42,036 nt of DNA from Actinomycetota bacterium (GTDB lineage: Bacteria > Actinomycetota > CADDZG01 > WHSQ01), in contig JADDQX010000001.1 in NCBI GenBank assembly GCA_016781115.1, forward strand, positions 1 through 42,036, in the 5' to 3' direction. The translations under genes were made by a program, and so were the position numbers. This document shows, piece after piece, positions 9,477-20,084 of this stretch (its first letter is position 1; each line of letters starts with the position of its first letter). The notes below the pieces were generated by a model that worked only from the letters and a program-made list of their open reading frames with translations, was not told the origin of the DNA and searched no databases.

Positions 9477-10262
9477 CTAACGGCCGCGAAACTCCGGCGA
9501 CCTCTTCCCGAAGAAAGCGCGGACTCCCTCCAGATGGTCCTCGGTGCGTCCAGCGGCGCTCTGCGCCTCGACCTCGGCCTCGAGCTGCTCATCGAGCGAT
9601 CGCGTCGGAGCCTCATTCGCCAGCCGCTTCGTGAGGGCGAACGCGGCGGTGGCCATCGTCGCGAGACGGGCCGCGAAAGACCGCCAGTGAGAGTCGAACT
9701 CCCCTGCGGGGACCACCTGCGAGAACAACCCCAGCTCCAATCCTCGCTGCGCGTCCACCGGGTGCCCGCTAGCGCCCAGCTCGAGGGCTCGGGCGGTGCC
9801 AACCATCTTCGTCAGGAACCAAAGAGCGCCGGAGTCCGGCACGAGACCCACCCGGATGAAAGCAAGGACCAACTTGGCGTGTTCAGACGCGATCCGGAAG
9901 TCACAGGCGAGAGCGAGGCTCGCGCCGGCGCCCGCTGCGACGCCATTGACCGCCGCGATGACGGGCTTCGGGGCAGACCGGATGGCGCGGATCAGTGGGT
10001 TGTACCGGTTCACCAGGGTGTCACCGAGGTTCGGCACCTCGCCGCGTTCGTACTGTTCGGACAGCGCTCCCAGATCCTCTCCCGATGAGAAGGCGCGACC
10101 GGCGCCCGTGATGACGATGCAGCGGATCTCGTCATCCGCCGCGGCCGCCTCGACCGCCGTCAGCAATGCCAGGCCCAGCTCGTCGTTGAACGCGTTCAGC
10201 ACTTCGGGGCGGTCGAGGGTGAGTATCGCAACGCCGCCCTCTGTTGATCTCATCAGCGTCAT
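9477..10262 (-). CDS. Enoyl-CoA hydratase/isomerase (PaaG-like crotonase)
   Basis: LTLDRPEVLNA, GRAFSSGEDL, AAVNGVAAGAG and GLVPDSG motifs. Confidence 0.88.
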   Translation of the reverse strand: MTLMRSTEGGVAILTLDRPEVLNAFNDELGLALLTAVEAAAADDEIRCIVITGAGRAFSSGEDLGALSEQYERGEVPNLGDTLVNRYNPLIRAIRSAPKPVIAAVNGVAAGAGASLALACDFRIASEHAKLVLAFIRVGLVPDSGALWFLTKMVGTARALELGASGHPVDAQRGLELGLFSQVVPAGEFDSHWRSFAARLATMATAAFALTKRLANEAPTRSLDEQLEAEVEAQSAAGRTEDHLEGVRAFFGKRSPEFRGR

Positions 10263-10292
10263 GCGGTGGAGGGTAGCGCGAACTTCGGCCGA

Positions 10293-11930
10293 CTAGCCCG
10301 CCGGTGGGGGAGACGCCGGCGCGTGCGACGACGGTGCGAGCAGTGGCTCTTCCTGATCGCGCGTTCTCTTCGGAAGGTGCACCGTGAACGTCGTTCCCGC
10401 CCCCTCCCCGCTATCCACCTCGATCTCGCCATTGTGCGCCTCAACGAGGCTTTTCACGATGTAAAGGCCGAGCCCGAAACCACCCTTGCCTCTGGTGTTC
10501 GATTGATCCACCTGGCGGAAGCGGTCGAAGATGCTGTTCAACTGCTCGCGGGTGATCCCCCGTCCCTGATCTCGCACCGCGATCAACGTCTCGGTCTGCG
10601 TCTCGTGCAGGAAGACCTCGATCGTCCCTTCGTCGGAGTACTTCAGCGCGTTCTCGATGAGGTTGGAGAGGATCTGTTGGAGCGCGCCGAGGTCGCCCCA
10701 CACCCGCGGGACGGGCGGGTCGGTCGTGAGGGTCACCTCTCTCGCGGGATGGCTATGGCTGAGGTCGTTGATGATGACCTCGGCGGCTGAACGAAGGTCC
10801 ACGAGCTCCCGGCGCAGCTTCGGCATGCCCGACTCGATGTGGGCAGTGGTCAGGATGTCCTCAACGAGCCGTAGCAAGCGTTGACCCTGCCGCTCGATCA
10901 TGTCGATGAAGGTTGCCTGCTGTTCGGGCGACATCCTGCTGGCGCGTTTCGACAACGTCGTGGCAGAGCCGATGATCGCCGTCAGCGGTGTCTTCAGCTC
11001 GTGCGACACCGTCGCTACGAAGTCGCTCTTCAGACGGTCCAGTTCCTCAAGCCTCTGGATCGTCTCTCGTTCCTGCTCGAGCAGACTGGCATTGGCGACA
11101 GCGATGGCGGCATGCTCGGCGAACGATCCGAGCGCCTCCAGATCATGCTGCGTGAACTCGCGCTTCCCCTCGGTTTCGTTGAGGTTCAAGATCCCCAGAA
11201 GCTCGTCACGGCGCATCAGGGGGACACACACCGATGAGCGGATGCCTCGGTCGGGGTGCGCTTTGTCCGCGAGCCCAGGTTCTACCTCATCCCCCCTGAT
11301 CAACATCGGCCGACGCCGGGCCGCGACGGTTCCGGCGATGCCTTCTCCGATCCGCGTCGTGCCTCCACGAACAGGCTCCGCACCCGGGCCGCTATAGCTC
11401 ACCACCTTCAGGTGCCTGCCGCCCTCTTCCACCAGCATGAGCGATCCCTCTGTACCTCCCAGCAGCTCGAGGGCGGAGGAGAGGATCATGTCGAGGACGT
11501 CTTCGAGGCAAAGGGCCTCGTTCACGGCCTTGCCCGCCTCCGACAGCCTCGAGATCTCCGCCAGCCGGTTCGATAAAGCCGCCGACAGAACCCGCTCCTC
11601 GAACAACAGCTTCGTCAGCGCCCGCAGACTCCTCTCCTTCTCGACGACGTAGACGAGGAAAGCCAAAGCAAGGCCGCCGAAGAGCACAGCGGTGATCCAT
11701 GAGGTGAGGTCGTCGAACACGCGGAGCTGGTCCGGGATGAGGTCGTCGCCCAGGTATAGCAACGCGATCGCGGCCGTGACGGCCACAACGAGGAACAGAG
11801 AAGTCGACCACAGCTGGGTTCGCCTCTTGTCGACATCCGACAGCGTGAGCGGCTGTCTCTTCACGCGGGCCGCCGCGGTGGACGCGGCATGGATCTGCGC
11901 GGTGGGCGTTAGCTCCTGTTGGTCGGCCAT
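10293..11930 (-). CDS. Membrane GAF-domain sensor histidine kinase (orphan)
   Basis: Two TM helices, GAF domain (GEGIAG, VPL..LLGIL), H-box SHELKTPL, N-box NALKYS, G2 GFGLGL. Start MADQQ overlaps the purF end. Confidence 0.88.
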   Translation of the reverse strand: MADQQELTPTAQIHAASTAAARVKRQPLTLSDVDKRRTQLWSTSLFLVVAVTAAIALLYLGDDLIPDQLRVFDDLTSWITAVLFGGLALAFLVYVVEKERSLRALTKLLFEERVLSAALSNRLAEISRLSEAGKAVNEALCLEDVLDMILSSALELLGGTEGSLMLVEEGGRHLKVVSYSGPGAEPVRGGTTRIGEGIAGTVAARRRPMLIRGDEVEPGLADKAHPDRGIRSSVCVPLMRRDELLGILNLNETEGKREFTQHDLEALGSFAEHAAIAVANASLLEQERETIQRLEELDRLKSDFVATVSHELKTPLTAIIGSATTLSKRASRMSPEQQATFIDMIERQGQRLLRLVEDILTTAHIESGMPKLRRELVDLRSAAEVIINDLSHSHPAREVTLTTDPPVPRVWGDLGALQQILSNLIENALKYSDEGTIEVFLHETQTETLIAVRDQGRGITREQLNSIFDRFRQVDQSNTRGKGGFGLGLYIVKSLVEAHNGEIEVDSGEGAGTTFTVHLPKRTRDQEEPLLAPSSHAPASPPPAG

Positions 11931-13369
11931 GCCTGAGCCTGATGCTCGGGGCTCTCCAGAACGTGCTTGTCCCGAAGGTCGTGCTCCGGGATCGGGATCG
12001 GGTATCGCGACGAGAAGCAGGCGGTGCAGAAGTCTTCCTTGGGAACCTGCGTTGCCTCCAGCATCCCTTCCGTAGACAGGTACGCGAGCGAGTCCGCTCC
12101 GATGTGCGCGCAGATCTCTTCGATCTCCATGCGCGATCCGATCAACTCGTCCTGGTCCGGCATGTCGATGCCATAGAAGCAAGGCCATTTGATAGGCGGC
12201 GACGAGATCCGCATGTGGACCTCTCTGGCGCCCGCATCCCTCAACATCGCCACGATCTGCCGGGTCGTGTTCCCGCGCACGATCGAATCATCGATGACGA
12301 CGACGCGCCGGCCTTCGATGACCTCCCTAACAGGGTTCAGCTTCATGCGGATCCCCTGTTCGCGCATCGACTGGGTCGGCTGGATGAAGGTGCGGCCGAC
12401 ATAGCGGTTCTTCACGAAGCCGTCGCCATACGGGATCGTGGATCCTTGGGCGAAACCTTGAGCCGCCGGGACGCCGCTGTCCGGCACCGGCATCACCAGC
12501 TCCGCTACGACCGGCGCCTCGCGCGCCAAGCGTTGACCCATCCGGTAGCGGGTCGCGTAGACGTTGTGACCCATCAGGGTCGAGTCGGGACGAGCGAAGT
12601 AAACGTGCTCGAAGACGCACGCCGCCGGCCTCGGCCGCGCCAAGCTCTCGCTGGTGAGGCCGTTCGCATCGATCGTCACCATCTCGCCGGGCTCCACGTC
12701 GCGGATGAAGCGGGCGCCCAGCAGATCCAGGGCACAGGTCTCGGACGCGAGGACCCACCCGCCACCGGGCAGGCGTCCGATGCTCAGCGGCCTGAACCCA
12801 TGCGGATCACGCGCGCCGAACAGCCGCTCCTCGTTCATCATCGTGAACGAATAGGCACCGGACAGCTTCGGCAACACCTTGAGGATCGCCTCGCGCATGT
12901 CACCTTCGTTAGCTCGGGCGATGTGGGCCGCCACCAGGTCGGTATCAGAGCTCGAGTTCAACCGGGCTCCCGCGGGCGTCGGGTCCCCTCCTGCTGCGGC
13001 GAGCGTCCCCGCGAGCTGAACGGAGTTCACGAGGTTCCCGTTGTGGGCGACTGCGATCTGCCCGGCGGGAGAGGTCTTGAAGGTGGGCTGCGCGTTGTCC
13101 CACGACGACGACCCGGTCGTCGAATAGCGGGTGTGGCCGATCGACACGAACCCTCGCAGGCTCTGCAGCACCGTCTCGTCGAAGGCCTGCGCGACCAGAC
13201 CGAGTTCCTTGTAGACCAGGATCGTCTGGCCGTCGGATATGGCGATACCCGCAGATTCCTGTCCGCGGTGCTGGAGCGCGTAGAGCCCGTAGTAGGTCAG
13301 CCTGGCGACGTCCTCACCGGGCGCGTAGATGCCGACGACGCCACAGGCGTCTCTCGCCTCTCCTGCCAT
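11909..13369 (-). CDS. purF: Amidophosphoribosyltransferase
   Basis: Propeptide followed by CGVVG; LQHRGQESAG, GHTRYST, HNGN, IDDSIVRG; Fe-S cysteines. Confidence 0.97.
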   Translation of the reverse strand: MAGEARDACGVVGIYAPGEDVARLTYYGLYALQHRGQESAGIAISDGQTILVYKELGLVAQAFDETVLQSLRGFVSIGHTRYSTTGSSSWDNAQPTFKTSPAGQIAVAHNGNLVNSVQLAGTLAAAGGDPTPAGARLNSSSDTDLVAAHIARANEGDMREAILKVLPKLSGAYSFTMMNEERLFGARDPHGFRPLSIGRLPGGGWVLASETCALDLLGARFIRDVEPGEMVTIDANGLTSESLARPRPAACVFEHVYFARPDSTLMGHNVYATRYRMGQRLAREAPVVAELVMPVPDSGVPAAQGFAQGSTIPYGDGFVKNRYVGRTFIQPTQSMREQGIRMKLNPVREVIEGRRVVVIDDSIVRGNTTRQIVAMLRDAGAREVHMRISSPPIKWPCFYGIDMPDQDELIGSRMEIEEICAHIGADSLAYLSTEGMLEATQVPKEDFCTACFSSRYPIPIPEHDLRDKHVLESPEHQAQAWPTNRS

Positions 13370-15567
13370 CAGCTCATGCTAGCGGCTAACGCCCGCCGGA
13401 ACGCTCCTTCGAACACATCTTGCGCAACGTCGAACCCCACCCCGAATGTTCCGAAGTCCAGCCGATCCGGTGCAACCGATCCCGCGATCTCAAGAGGCAC
13501 CCCATAGTCATCGGCAAGTTTGCGCACGGCCTCGACCCCCTGGGCGGGGAAGGAAACGATCGCTCGAGAAGGAGACTCCGAGAACAAGAAGCGATGCCGC
13601 TCGTCTTGCTCGAAAGCGACCTGAAACCCCAGACCGCCGGCGAGCGCCGACTCCGCCAGTCCGATGGCGATCCCGCCCCCAGCGCAGTCATGGGCAGATG
13701 AGAACGAGGTTCGGGCGGCCCCCTCGATCAAGAACCGATGCAGCGCTGATTCGGCGGAGAGGTCCAGACGCGGCGGCCGTCCCGCGACGACGCCGTTGAC
13801 CGTCTTCGCGTACTCACTGCCGCCGAAGTCGGCGGGATCCGTATCTCCCACGATCGCTATGACGTCTCCGGGGGAACGGAACGCCAGCCCGACCGAGCGA
13901 CGAGCGTCCGGTAGCGAACCCAGCATCCCGATCACCGGCGTGGGATAGATCGCGCGGCCGTTCGTCTCGTTGTAGAACGAGACGTTCCCACCCGTCACCG
14001 GGGTGCCGAGCGCGCGGCACGCATCTCCGATCCCGCGGACCACCTCTGCGAACTGCCACATCACATCGGGCTTCTCCGGGTTGCCGAAGTTCAGGCAGTT
14101 GGTTATAGCCAGTGGGCGCCCGCCGGCGGCTGCAACGTTGCGCGCCGCCTCGGCTACCGCCAGCCGCGCGCCTTCGTAGGGATCGAGGTAGCAGTAACGG
14201 CCGGGACCATCCACCGAGATCACCGCGGCGGTGTCTTGCCCCGGGAGCCGGATCACCGCAGCGTCCCCGCCCGGTCCCTGCACCGTCCCCAGGAAGATCA
14301 TGTGGTCGTACTGCTCCCACACCCATCTCTTCGACCCGATCGCCGGTGAGCCCAGGAGCTGCAAGAACGCGGCCTCGAGATCGCTGGGCGGTTCGGCGCC
14401 CATAGGAGCGCCCTGCAGCTCGTCCAGCCACGCCGGTCGCTCGAGACCGCGGTTGTAGACAGGGCCCTCCTCCGCCAACGCGTCGGCGGGAACGTCCGCG
14501 AGCACCCCGTTCTCGTGGATCACCTCTACGCGTCCGGTCTTGGTGACCTCGCCCACCACGTTCGCCTGCAGCTCCCACTTGCGGCAGATGGCGAGGACCG
14601 CCTCCACATTCGCCGGATCGACGACCGCCAGCATCCGTTCCTGCGACTCCGAGATCATGATCTCGAACGGCTCCATGTCCGCCTCGCGCAAGTGAACCTT
14701 CGAGATGTCGAGCTGCATCCCGGTCCCGGCCTTCGCGGCCATCTCCGAGGTGGGGCAAGAGATGCCTCCGGCGCCGAGGTCCTGGAACCCGACCAGTAGC
14801 CCGGAACGAGCGAGCTCGAGACATGCCTCGATCAACAACCTCTCGGTGAATGGGTCTCCGACCTGAACCGAGGGTCGCTTCTCGCTCGAGGCATCGTCGA
14901 ACTCAGCCGAAGCGAGCACGCTGGCACCGCCGATCCCGTCGCGCCCCGTGGAAGAACCGATGAGGATGACCGCGTTGCCCTCGCCCTCGGCCCGCCCATG
15001 CATCAGGCGGTTCTCGACCAGGCCGAGGCACGCGACGTTCACGAGCGGGTTCTCCGCGTAGCAGTCCTCGAACACGACCTCGCCTCCCACCGTTGGGACG
15101 CCGATCGAGTTGCCGTAGTTGGAGATCCCGTGCACCACGCCCTCGACGAGATAGGCGGTGCGGGGGTCGTCGAGGGGGCCGAACCGAAGCGGATCCATCA
15201 GCGCTATAGGACGAGCGCCCATCGAGAGGATGTCGCGGACGATACCGCCGACACCGGTCGCAGCACCGTTGAAGGGCTCGACGAACGAGGGGTGGTTGTG
15301 AGACTCGATCTTCCAGGCCACCGACACACCCGGCGCGAGCTCGACGATCCCCGCGCCCTCGCCGGGTCCCACCAGGATGTAAGGCGCTTCTGACGGCAGG
15401 CCCCGGAGGTGGATCCGGCTGGACTTGTAGGAGCAGTGCTCGCTCCACATGACCGAGAACATCGCAAGCTCGGTGTACGAAGGATCGCGACCCAGACGTG
15501 TCTTGATCGCATCTAGCTCGTCGTCGGTGAGACCGAGATCCCGGTGAAGGGTCGCGGGAGAGATCAA
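13369..15567 (-). CDS. purL: Phosphoribosylformylglycinamidine synthase subunit PurL
   Basis: [33 protein letters not shown] and GGNVSFYN motifs. TTG start overlaps the purQ stop (TTGA). Confidence 0.95.
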   Translation of the reverse strand: MISPATLHRDLGLTDDELDAIKTRLGRDPSYTELAMFSVMWSEHCSYKSSRIHLRGLPSEAPYILVGPGEGAGIVELAPGVSVAWKIESHNHPSFVEPFNGAATGVGGIVRDILSMGARPIALMDPLRFGPLDDPRTAYLVEGVVHGISNYGNSIGVPTVGGEVVFEDCYAENPLVNVACLGLVENRLMHGRAEGEGNAVILIGSSTGRDGIGGASVLASAEFDDASSEKRPSVQVGDPFTERLLIEACLELARSGLLVGFQDLGAGGISCPTSEMAAKAGTGMQLDISKVHLREADMEPFEIMISESQERMLAVVDPANVEAVLAICRKWELQANVVGEVTKTGRVEVIHENGVLADVPADALAEEGPVYNRGLERPAWLDELQGAPMGAEPPSDLEAAFLQLLGSPAIGSKRWVWEQYDHMIFLGTVQGPGGDAAVIRLPGQDTAAVISVDGPGRYCYLDPYEGARLAVAEAARNVAAAGGRPLAITNCLNFGNPEKPDVMWQFAEVVRGIGDACRALGTPVTGGNVSFYNETNGRAIYPTPVIGMLGSLPDARRSVGLAFRSPGDVIAIVGDTDPADFGGSEYAKTVNGVVAGRPPRLDLSAESALHRFLIEGAARTSFSSAHDCAGGGIAIGLAESALAGGLGFQVAFEQDERHRFLFSESPSRAIVSFPAQGVEAVRKLADDYGVPLEIAGSVAPDRLDFGTFGVGFDVAQDVFEGAFRRALAASMS

Positions 15568-16250
15568 CCGGCGACCCCGGCGCGATCGGTGACGTGGTCT
15601 AACAACGACCCCAGCAGCACGATCCCGTCGTCGGACCCCAGGAGCTGCTCGCAAGCCCGCTCTGGGTGCGGCATCAGACCGAAGACGTTCCGGCTCTCGT
15701 TGCAGATCCCTGCTACGTCGTCGACAGATCCGTTCGGGTTGTCGACGTAGCGGAGAACGATCTGGTTGTTCTCGCGCAGGCGGTCGACGACCGCGGGTTC
15801 GGCGTACCAGTTCCCCTCGAAGTGGTTGATCGGGATCCGAAGCACCTGCCCCTGTTCGGCGCGCGACGTAAACGCGGTGTCGTTGTTGTCTACTCGTAGG
15901 TCCACCCAGCGGCACAGGAACTTCAGCCCGTTGTTCTTCCGCAGAGCGCCGGGAAGCATCCCGGCCTCGCACAGGATCTGGAACCCGTTGCAGATCCCCA
16001 AGACGAGGCCGCCCCGCAGCGCGTGGTCGCGGACACGGTCCATCACCGGCGAGAAGCGAGCAAGTGCGCCGGTGCGCAGATAGTCACCGTGGGCGAAGCC
16101 GCCGGGGAGCACCACCAGGTCGACCTCCGGCAACGACGTCCCCGCGTGCCAGATCATCTCCACCTCGGCGCCCAGCGCGGAGAATGCAACCCGCGCGTCC
16201 AGCTCGCAGTTCGACCCTGGAAACACGATGACGCCGACGCGGGCCGTCAT
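15564..16250 (-). CDS. purQ: FGAM synthase glutaminase subunit PurQ
   Basis: [24 protein letters not shown] and MPHPER motifs. Confidence 0.96.
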   Translation of the reverse strand: MTARVGVIVFPGSNCELDARVAFSALGAEVEMIWHAGTSLPEVDLVVLPGGFAHGDYLRTGALARFSPVMDRVRDHALRGGLVLGICNGFQILCEAGMLPGALRKNNGLKFLCRWVDLRVDNNDTAFTSRAEQGQVLRIPINHFEGNWYAEPAVVDRLRENNQIVLRYVDNPNGSVDDVAGICNESRNVFGLMPHPERACEQLLGSDDGIVLLGSLLDHVTDRAGVAG

Positions 16251-16492
16251 CCGATGCTCACCTCGTATGACTCGATCACCGGGTTCGCGAGGAGCCGCTC
16301 ACACATCTCCTCGACCTTCGTACGCGCATCGTCCACGCTGTCCGCGTCCACCTGAAGCTGGATCCTCTTGCCCACCCGGACCTCGCGCACACCCGGATAA
16401 CCGAGCACGGGGAGAGCGCGTTCGATCGTTTGTCCTTGAGGATCGGAGATCCCCGGCTTCAACATCACGTCGACCTGAGCTAGGTAGGACAT
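16247..16492 (-). CDS. purS: FGAM synthase subunit PurS (81 aa)
   Basis: KPGISDPQG, VRVGK and LLANPVIE motifs; ATG at 16492. Confidence 0.95.
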   Translation of the reverse strand: MSYLAQVDVMLKPGISDPQGQTIERALPVLGYPGVREVRVGKRIQLQVDADSVDDARTKVEEMCERLLANPVIESYEVSIG

Positions 16493-17253
16493 CCGGCCCC
16501 CTGCGCCAGTAGAAGGGTGGCAGCTGCCGGCAGGCCAACAACCAGACCTAGAGAGAGAACGGCGGTTGCCGCTCCGGCGACGGCGCGGATGCCGGTGAGG
16601 CCGGAAGAGGACTCGACGCCGCGGACCAACAGGAACAACGACCACACCAGCGCGCTGACGCCGAGGGCGATGGAAAAGGCAGCCCACGCTGTGGAGACGG
16701 GGTCGACCAGCTCCGCGGTCGTGAAGGTGTCCTGACCGACGATCAAGAGGTCCAGGGGGAGCAGCAAGAACAGAGCGAAGACCTGTGGGAAAGCCGCGGC
16801 TCCCCACACCAAACGCAGTTCGTGCGGGTCGGGTGCCTCGCCTCGCAAGGACGAGACGAAGCGAGGGCCGATCCGCCCCCACACCGACTGTCCGGCAAGG
16901 CCGAACAAGGCTCCGAGTACTCCCGCAGTGATGACGTACCCGGTGAGGTATTCGACGTTGCAGACCTCGCGCGCTCCGATCAAGGCGCCGACCTTCAACC
17001 ACAGCAATGCCATCGCGGTTCCGCCGAGCGCCGCCAACACCAGCGGCGCCGCGCCTTCCGTCGGACGCAGCCCGACCCGCTGTCTTCGTTCCGCGTTCGC
17101 GAGGGCCGCGCGGAAACCATCGCGCGGGGCGAGCAGTACCGACCGGAGCGTGAGGCCGAGCCGAGCCGACGCGTTGGATCTGGAGCGCGACGTCTCCGCC
17201 CCGCGTCGGGCAGGCGCGTCCGTTCGACTCAGCGCGATACCTCCGCCAACCAC
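16480..17253 (-). CDS. Multi-pass membrane protein, Yip1-like (start uncertain)
   Basis: LLAPRDGF helix followed by about 5 hydrophobic segments. It fills the purC-purS gap and overlaps both genes. Confidence 0.65.
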   Translation of the reverse strand: MVGGGIALSRTDAPARRGAETSRSRSNASARLGLTLRSVLLAPRDGFRAALANAERRQRVGLRPTEGAAPLVLAALGGTAMALLWLKVGALIGAREVCNVEYLTGYVITAGVLGALFGLAGQSVWGRIGPRFVSSLRGEAPDPHELRLVWGAAAFPQVFALFLLLPLDLLIVGQDTFTTAELVDPVSTAWAAFSIALGVSALVWSLFLLVRGVESSSGLTGIRAVAGAATAVLSLGLVVGLPAAATLLLAQGAGCPT

Positions 17254-18110
17254 TCGTCGAACGAGCGTCCCGTCACCTTCTCGTATGCCTCTACGTAGCG
17301 AGATCTCGTCGCCTGTACGACGTCGTCAGGCAGGTCGGGCGGTGGCGGGGTCCGGTCCCACCCACTCACGTTCAGCCAGTCCCTCACGTACTGCTTGTCA
17401 AAGGAAGGTTGCGAGCGTCCCGGCTCGTAGAGGTCCTCCGGCCAGAAGCGGCTGGAGTCGGGAGTAAGTACCTCGTCGATCAGGATGACCTCGCCATCTA
17501 CGAGGCCGAACTCGAACTTGGTGTCCGCGATGATCACGCCGCGCTCGCGTGCAAGAGCCGAGCCTTGCTCGTATAGAGCCAGCGCGTAGCCCTTGGCGGT
17601 CTCGTAGACGTCCCGACCGGCGATCTCGGCGGCGCGCTCTTCGTCGATGTTCTCGTCGTGCCCCGTCACCGCCTTCGTCGCCGGCGTCAGGATCGGCTCG
17701 GGCAGGCGATCGGATTCCCGCAGTCCCTGCGATAGACGGTGCCCGCAGACCTCGCCCGTCTTGCTGTAGTCACTCCAGCCGGAGCCGGAGAGATAGCCGC
17801 GGACCACGAACTCGATCGACAGCGGCTCCGCCCGCCGGCACAGCGTTGCTCGGCCGGCGAGATCGTCTATGCCTACGTCGGGCAGATCCCGCTCCCGTAC
17901 GGAGATCAGGTGGTTCGGGCAGACGGACCTCAGCACCTGGAACCAGTGATGAGAGAGCCCGGTGAGTACCTTTCCCTTGTCGGGCACGTCTTGAGGCAAT
18001 ACGACGTCGTACGCGCTGATGCGGTCCGACGCCACCAGAAGCAGTAGGTCGTCGCCGACCTCGAACAGCTCGCGGACCTTCCCCGAGCCAACATGGCGAG
18101 TGGTCGTCAT
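17229..18110 (-). CDS. purC: SAICAR synthetase
   Basis: GKVREL, SDRISAYD, RGYLSGS, DTKFEFG, DEVLTPDSSRFW and FDKQ motifs. Confidence 0.97.
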   Translation of the reverse strand: MTTTRHVGSGKVRELFEVGDDLLLLVASDRISAYDVVLPQDVPDKGKVLTGLSHHWFQVLRSVCPNHLISVRERDLPDVGIDDLAGRATLCRRAEPLSIEFVVRGYLSGSGWSDYSKTGEVCGHRLSQGLRESDRLPEPILTPATKAVTGHDENIDEERAAEIAGRDVYETAKGYALALYEQGSALARERGVIIADTKFEFGLVDGEVILIDEVLTPDSSRFWPEDLYEPGRSQPSFDKQYVRDWLNVSGWDRTPPPPDLPDDVVQATRSRYVEAYEKVTGRSFDEWLAEVSR

Positions 18111-19409
18111 CTAGAGAGCCTCCATCCTGTCGAAGATCGTCTGGGCATTACGTACGTAGCGTTCCTCGTCGAAGCACTGCTCGATCTCGTCCGGATCGAG
18201 ATGTTGGGTGACATCGGGGTCGGACTTCAGAAGCTCCTTCAGTGGCCGAGCCTCGTCCCACGCCGTCATCGCGTTGCGCTGAACCAACGCATATGCGTCC
18301 TCCCGCTGCAGCGTCCCCTTCGCGAGCAACATCGTGAGGACGCTCTGCGAGTGCACCAACCCCCATGACGCGTTGAGGTTGTCCAGCATCCGGTCCGGAT
18401 AGACGACGAGCCCGTCGATGACCCAGCGCATCTTCTCCAGCATGTAGTCGAGCAACAGGCAGGCATCCGCGAAGGTCACGCGCTCGACCGAAGAGTGCGA
18501 GATGTCCCGCTCGTGCCACAGCGCGACGTTCTCGAAACCCGTCTGCGCGTACGAACGCAGCAACCGGGCTAGCCCGCTGATGCGCTCGCTCACGATCGGG
18601 TTCCGCTTGTGTGGCATGGCCGACGAGCCCTTCTGCCCTTGCGCGAACGGCTCTTCCACCTCTCTCACCTCCGTGCGCTGGAGGTGGCGGATCTCCTGAG
18701 CGAAACGTTCCAGAGAGGCTCCCGTGACCGCGATCGCCGCGAGGAACTGAGCGTGGCGGTCGCGGGCCACTACCTGCGTAGCGGCCTCCTCTATCCCCAA
18801 CCCGAGGCGGTCGCAGATGTAGGCCTCGACCTCGGGGGACAGTTGCGAGTAGGTCCCAACCGCACCTGAGATCTTGCCCACCGCGATCTCGTCTCGGGCG
18901 CGACGCAACCGTTCCCGGTCGCGGGCGAGCTCGAAGACCCACCCGGCTAACTTCGCGCCGAAGGTGGTGGGCTCGGCGTGAACACCATGAGTACGGCCCG
19001 CCATCAACGTGCCCTTGTGCTCCACTGCCTTCCGCCGGACCGCCTCGGTCAGCCGCCCGATGCCCTCCAGGAGCAGGTCTCCTGCATCGCGAAGAGCGAC
19101 CGCCGTCGCCGTATCGAGCACGTCCGACGACGTCATGCCGTAGTGGATGTGGCGTCCTGCCTCGCCGACGTTCTCCCTGACGTTCTCGACGAACGCGACT
19201 ACGTCATGATGACGCGTCGCCTCGATCTCCTCGATCCGGGCGACGTCGAAGGCCGCCTTCTGCTTTATCTCGGTCAGGTCCTCGACCTCGACCTGTCCCA
19301 GGCGAACCCGGGCCTCTACGGCGAGGATCTCGATCTCGAGCCAGCGGGAGAACTTCGCCCGTTCCGAGAAGATCTGAGACATCTCCTCGCGGCTGTAACG
19401 GGGGATCAC
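18111..19409 (-). CDS. purB: Adenylosuccinate lyase
   Basis: MIPRYS, HYGMTSSD, GRTHGVHA and GSSAMPHKRNP motifs. Confidence 0.97.
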   Translation of the reverse strand: MIPRYSREEMSQIFSERAKFSRWLEIEILAVEARVRLGQVEVEDLTEIKQKAAFDVARIEEIEATRHHDVVAFVENVRENVGEAGRHIHYGMTSSDVLDTATAVALRDAGDLLLEGIGRLTEAVRRKAVEHKGTLMAGRTHGVHAEPTTFGAKLAGWVFELARDRERLRRARDEIAVGKISGAVGTYSQLSPEVEAYICDRLGLGIEEAATQVVARDRHAQFLAAIAVTGASLERFAQEIRHLQRTEVREVEEPFAQGQKGSSAMPHKRNPIVSERISGLARLLRSYAQTGFENVALWHERDISHSSVERVTFADACLLLDYMLEKMRWVIDGLVVYPDRMLDNLNASWGLVHSQSVLTMLLAKGTLQREDAYALVQRNAMTAWDEARPLKELLKSDPDVTQHLDPDEIEQCFDEERYVRNAQTIFDRMEAL

Positions 19410-20008
19410 GAGGCCATCCTAGTAACCGGTTCCGTAGGAGCGAGCAGGGTCTGGACCGTCTCTTCGACCAGACCCTGGATCTCGTGATCCAGCGCAGAAC
19501 CCGAGATCAGCGAGCGACGGATCGCCGCCTGCGGCACGTCCAACAATGCGAAGCGAGCTAGAGCGAGCGATATCCCCGGGACGCGGGCGGCGAAGGTTCT
19601 CAGGCCGTCGGTGATGTCGTTCGCCAGCCGGACGGCACGCCGGCTGAGGACCGGCGGCCACTCGGTTGTGGTGAACCCGCCGCGGGGATACAGGAGGAAG
19701 AACGCGGCCTCGCCGGGGCGTCGCCGCGCCCAATCGAGCATCAGATCTACGGCCGCCAGCGCGCCGCCAGCCGGATCGGTGGCGGCCAGGGCGTCGCGCA
19801 GCTGCGCCTGGAAGCGCTCCCCCGTCCGCAGCCAGGCCGACGCCATCAACGCGTCTCGGGATGGGAAGCGGTGATAGATCGAGCCGCTGGGCGCCCCCAG
19901 CACGTCCGCGACCATGGCTATGGTGACCTCGGCGGGGCCGCGGCGCCGCAGCACTTCGATCACGGCGTCGAGGATCTGCTCGCTCGAGTACTTCGGGGGC
20001 CGCGCCAC
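19406..20008 (-). CDS. TetR/AcrR family transcriptional regulator
   Basis: N-terminal HTH MARPPKYS...GSIYHRFPSRDAL. Confidence 0.88.
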   Translation of the reverse strand: MARPPKYSSEQILDAVIEVLRRRGPAEVTIAMVADVLGAPSGSIYHRFPSRDALMASAWLRTGERFQAQLRDALAATDPAGGALAAVDLMLDWARRRPGEAAFFLLYPRGGFTTTEWPPVLSRRAVRLANDITDGLRTFAARVPGISLALARFALLDVPQAAIRRSLISGSALDHEIQGLVEETVQTLLAPTEPVTRMAS

Positions 20009-20013
20009 AATAT

Positions 20014-20050
20014 GAGGCTAGCCTCCTAAACCGTTCTAGAGACGGATTTC
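20014..20050. promoter_or_regulatory. Palindromes upstream of tetR (possible operator over the -10)
   Basis: Perfect palindrome GAGGCTAGCCTC (20014-20025) contains the TAGCCT -10; imperfect palindrome CCGTTCTAGAGACGG lies just upstream. Confidence 0.4.
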
Positions 20051-20084
20051 GCTTTCGAGTCCTTGGTCGAAGTTCCGCAACGCC

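Noticed and set aside
7636..9480. 614-aa plus-strand ORF, and similar long antisense ORFs such as 11942-13507 and 34421-36640
   Set aside because: Shadow frames of real genes caused by high GC3; no motifs.
13369..15972. N-terminal extensions in the ORF track for purL, purS, purA, ldh, the kinase and ilvA
   Set aside because: The extensions overlap neighbouring genes; starts were reassigned using homology, RBS and stop-start overlaps.
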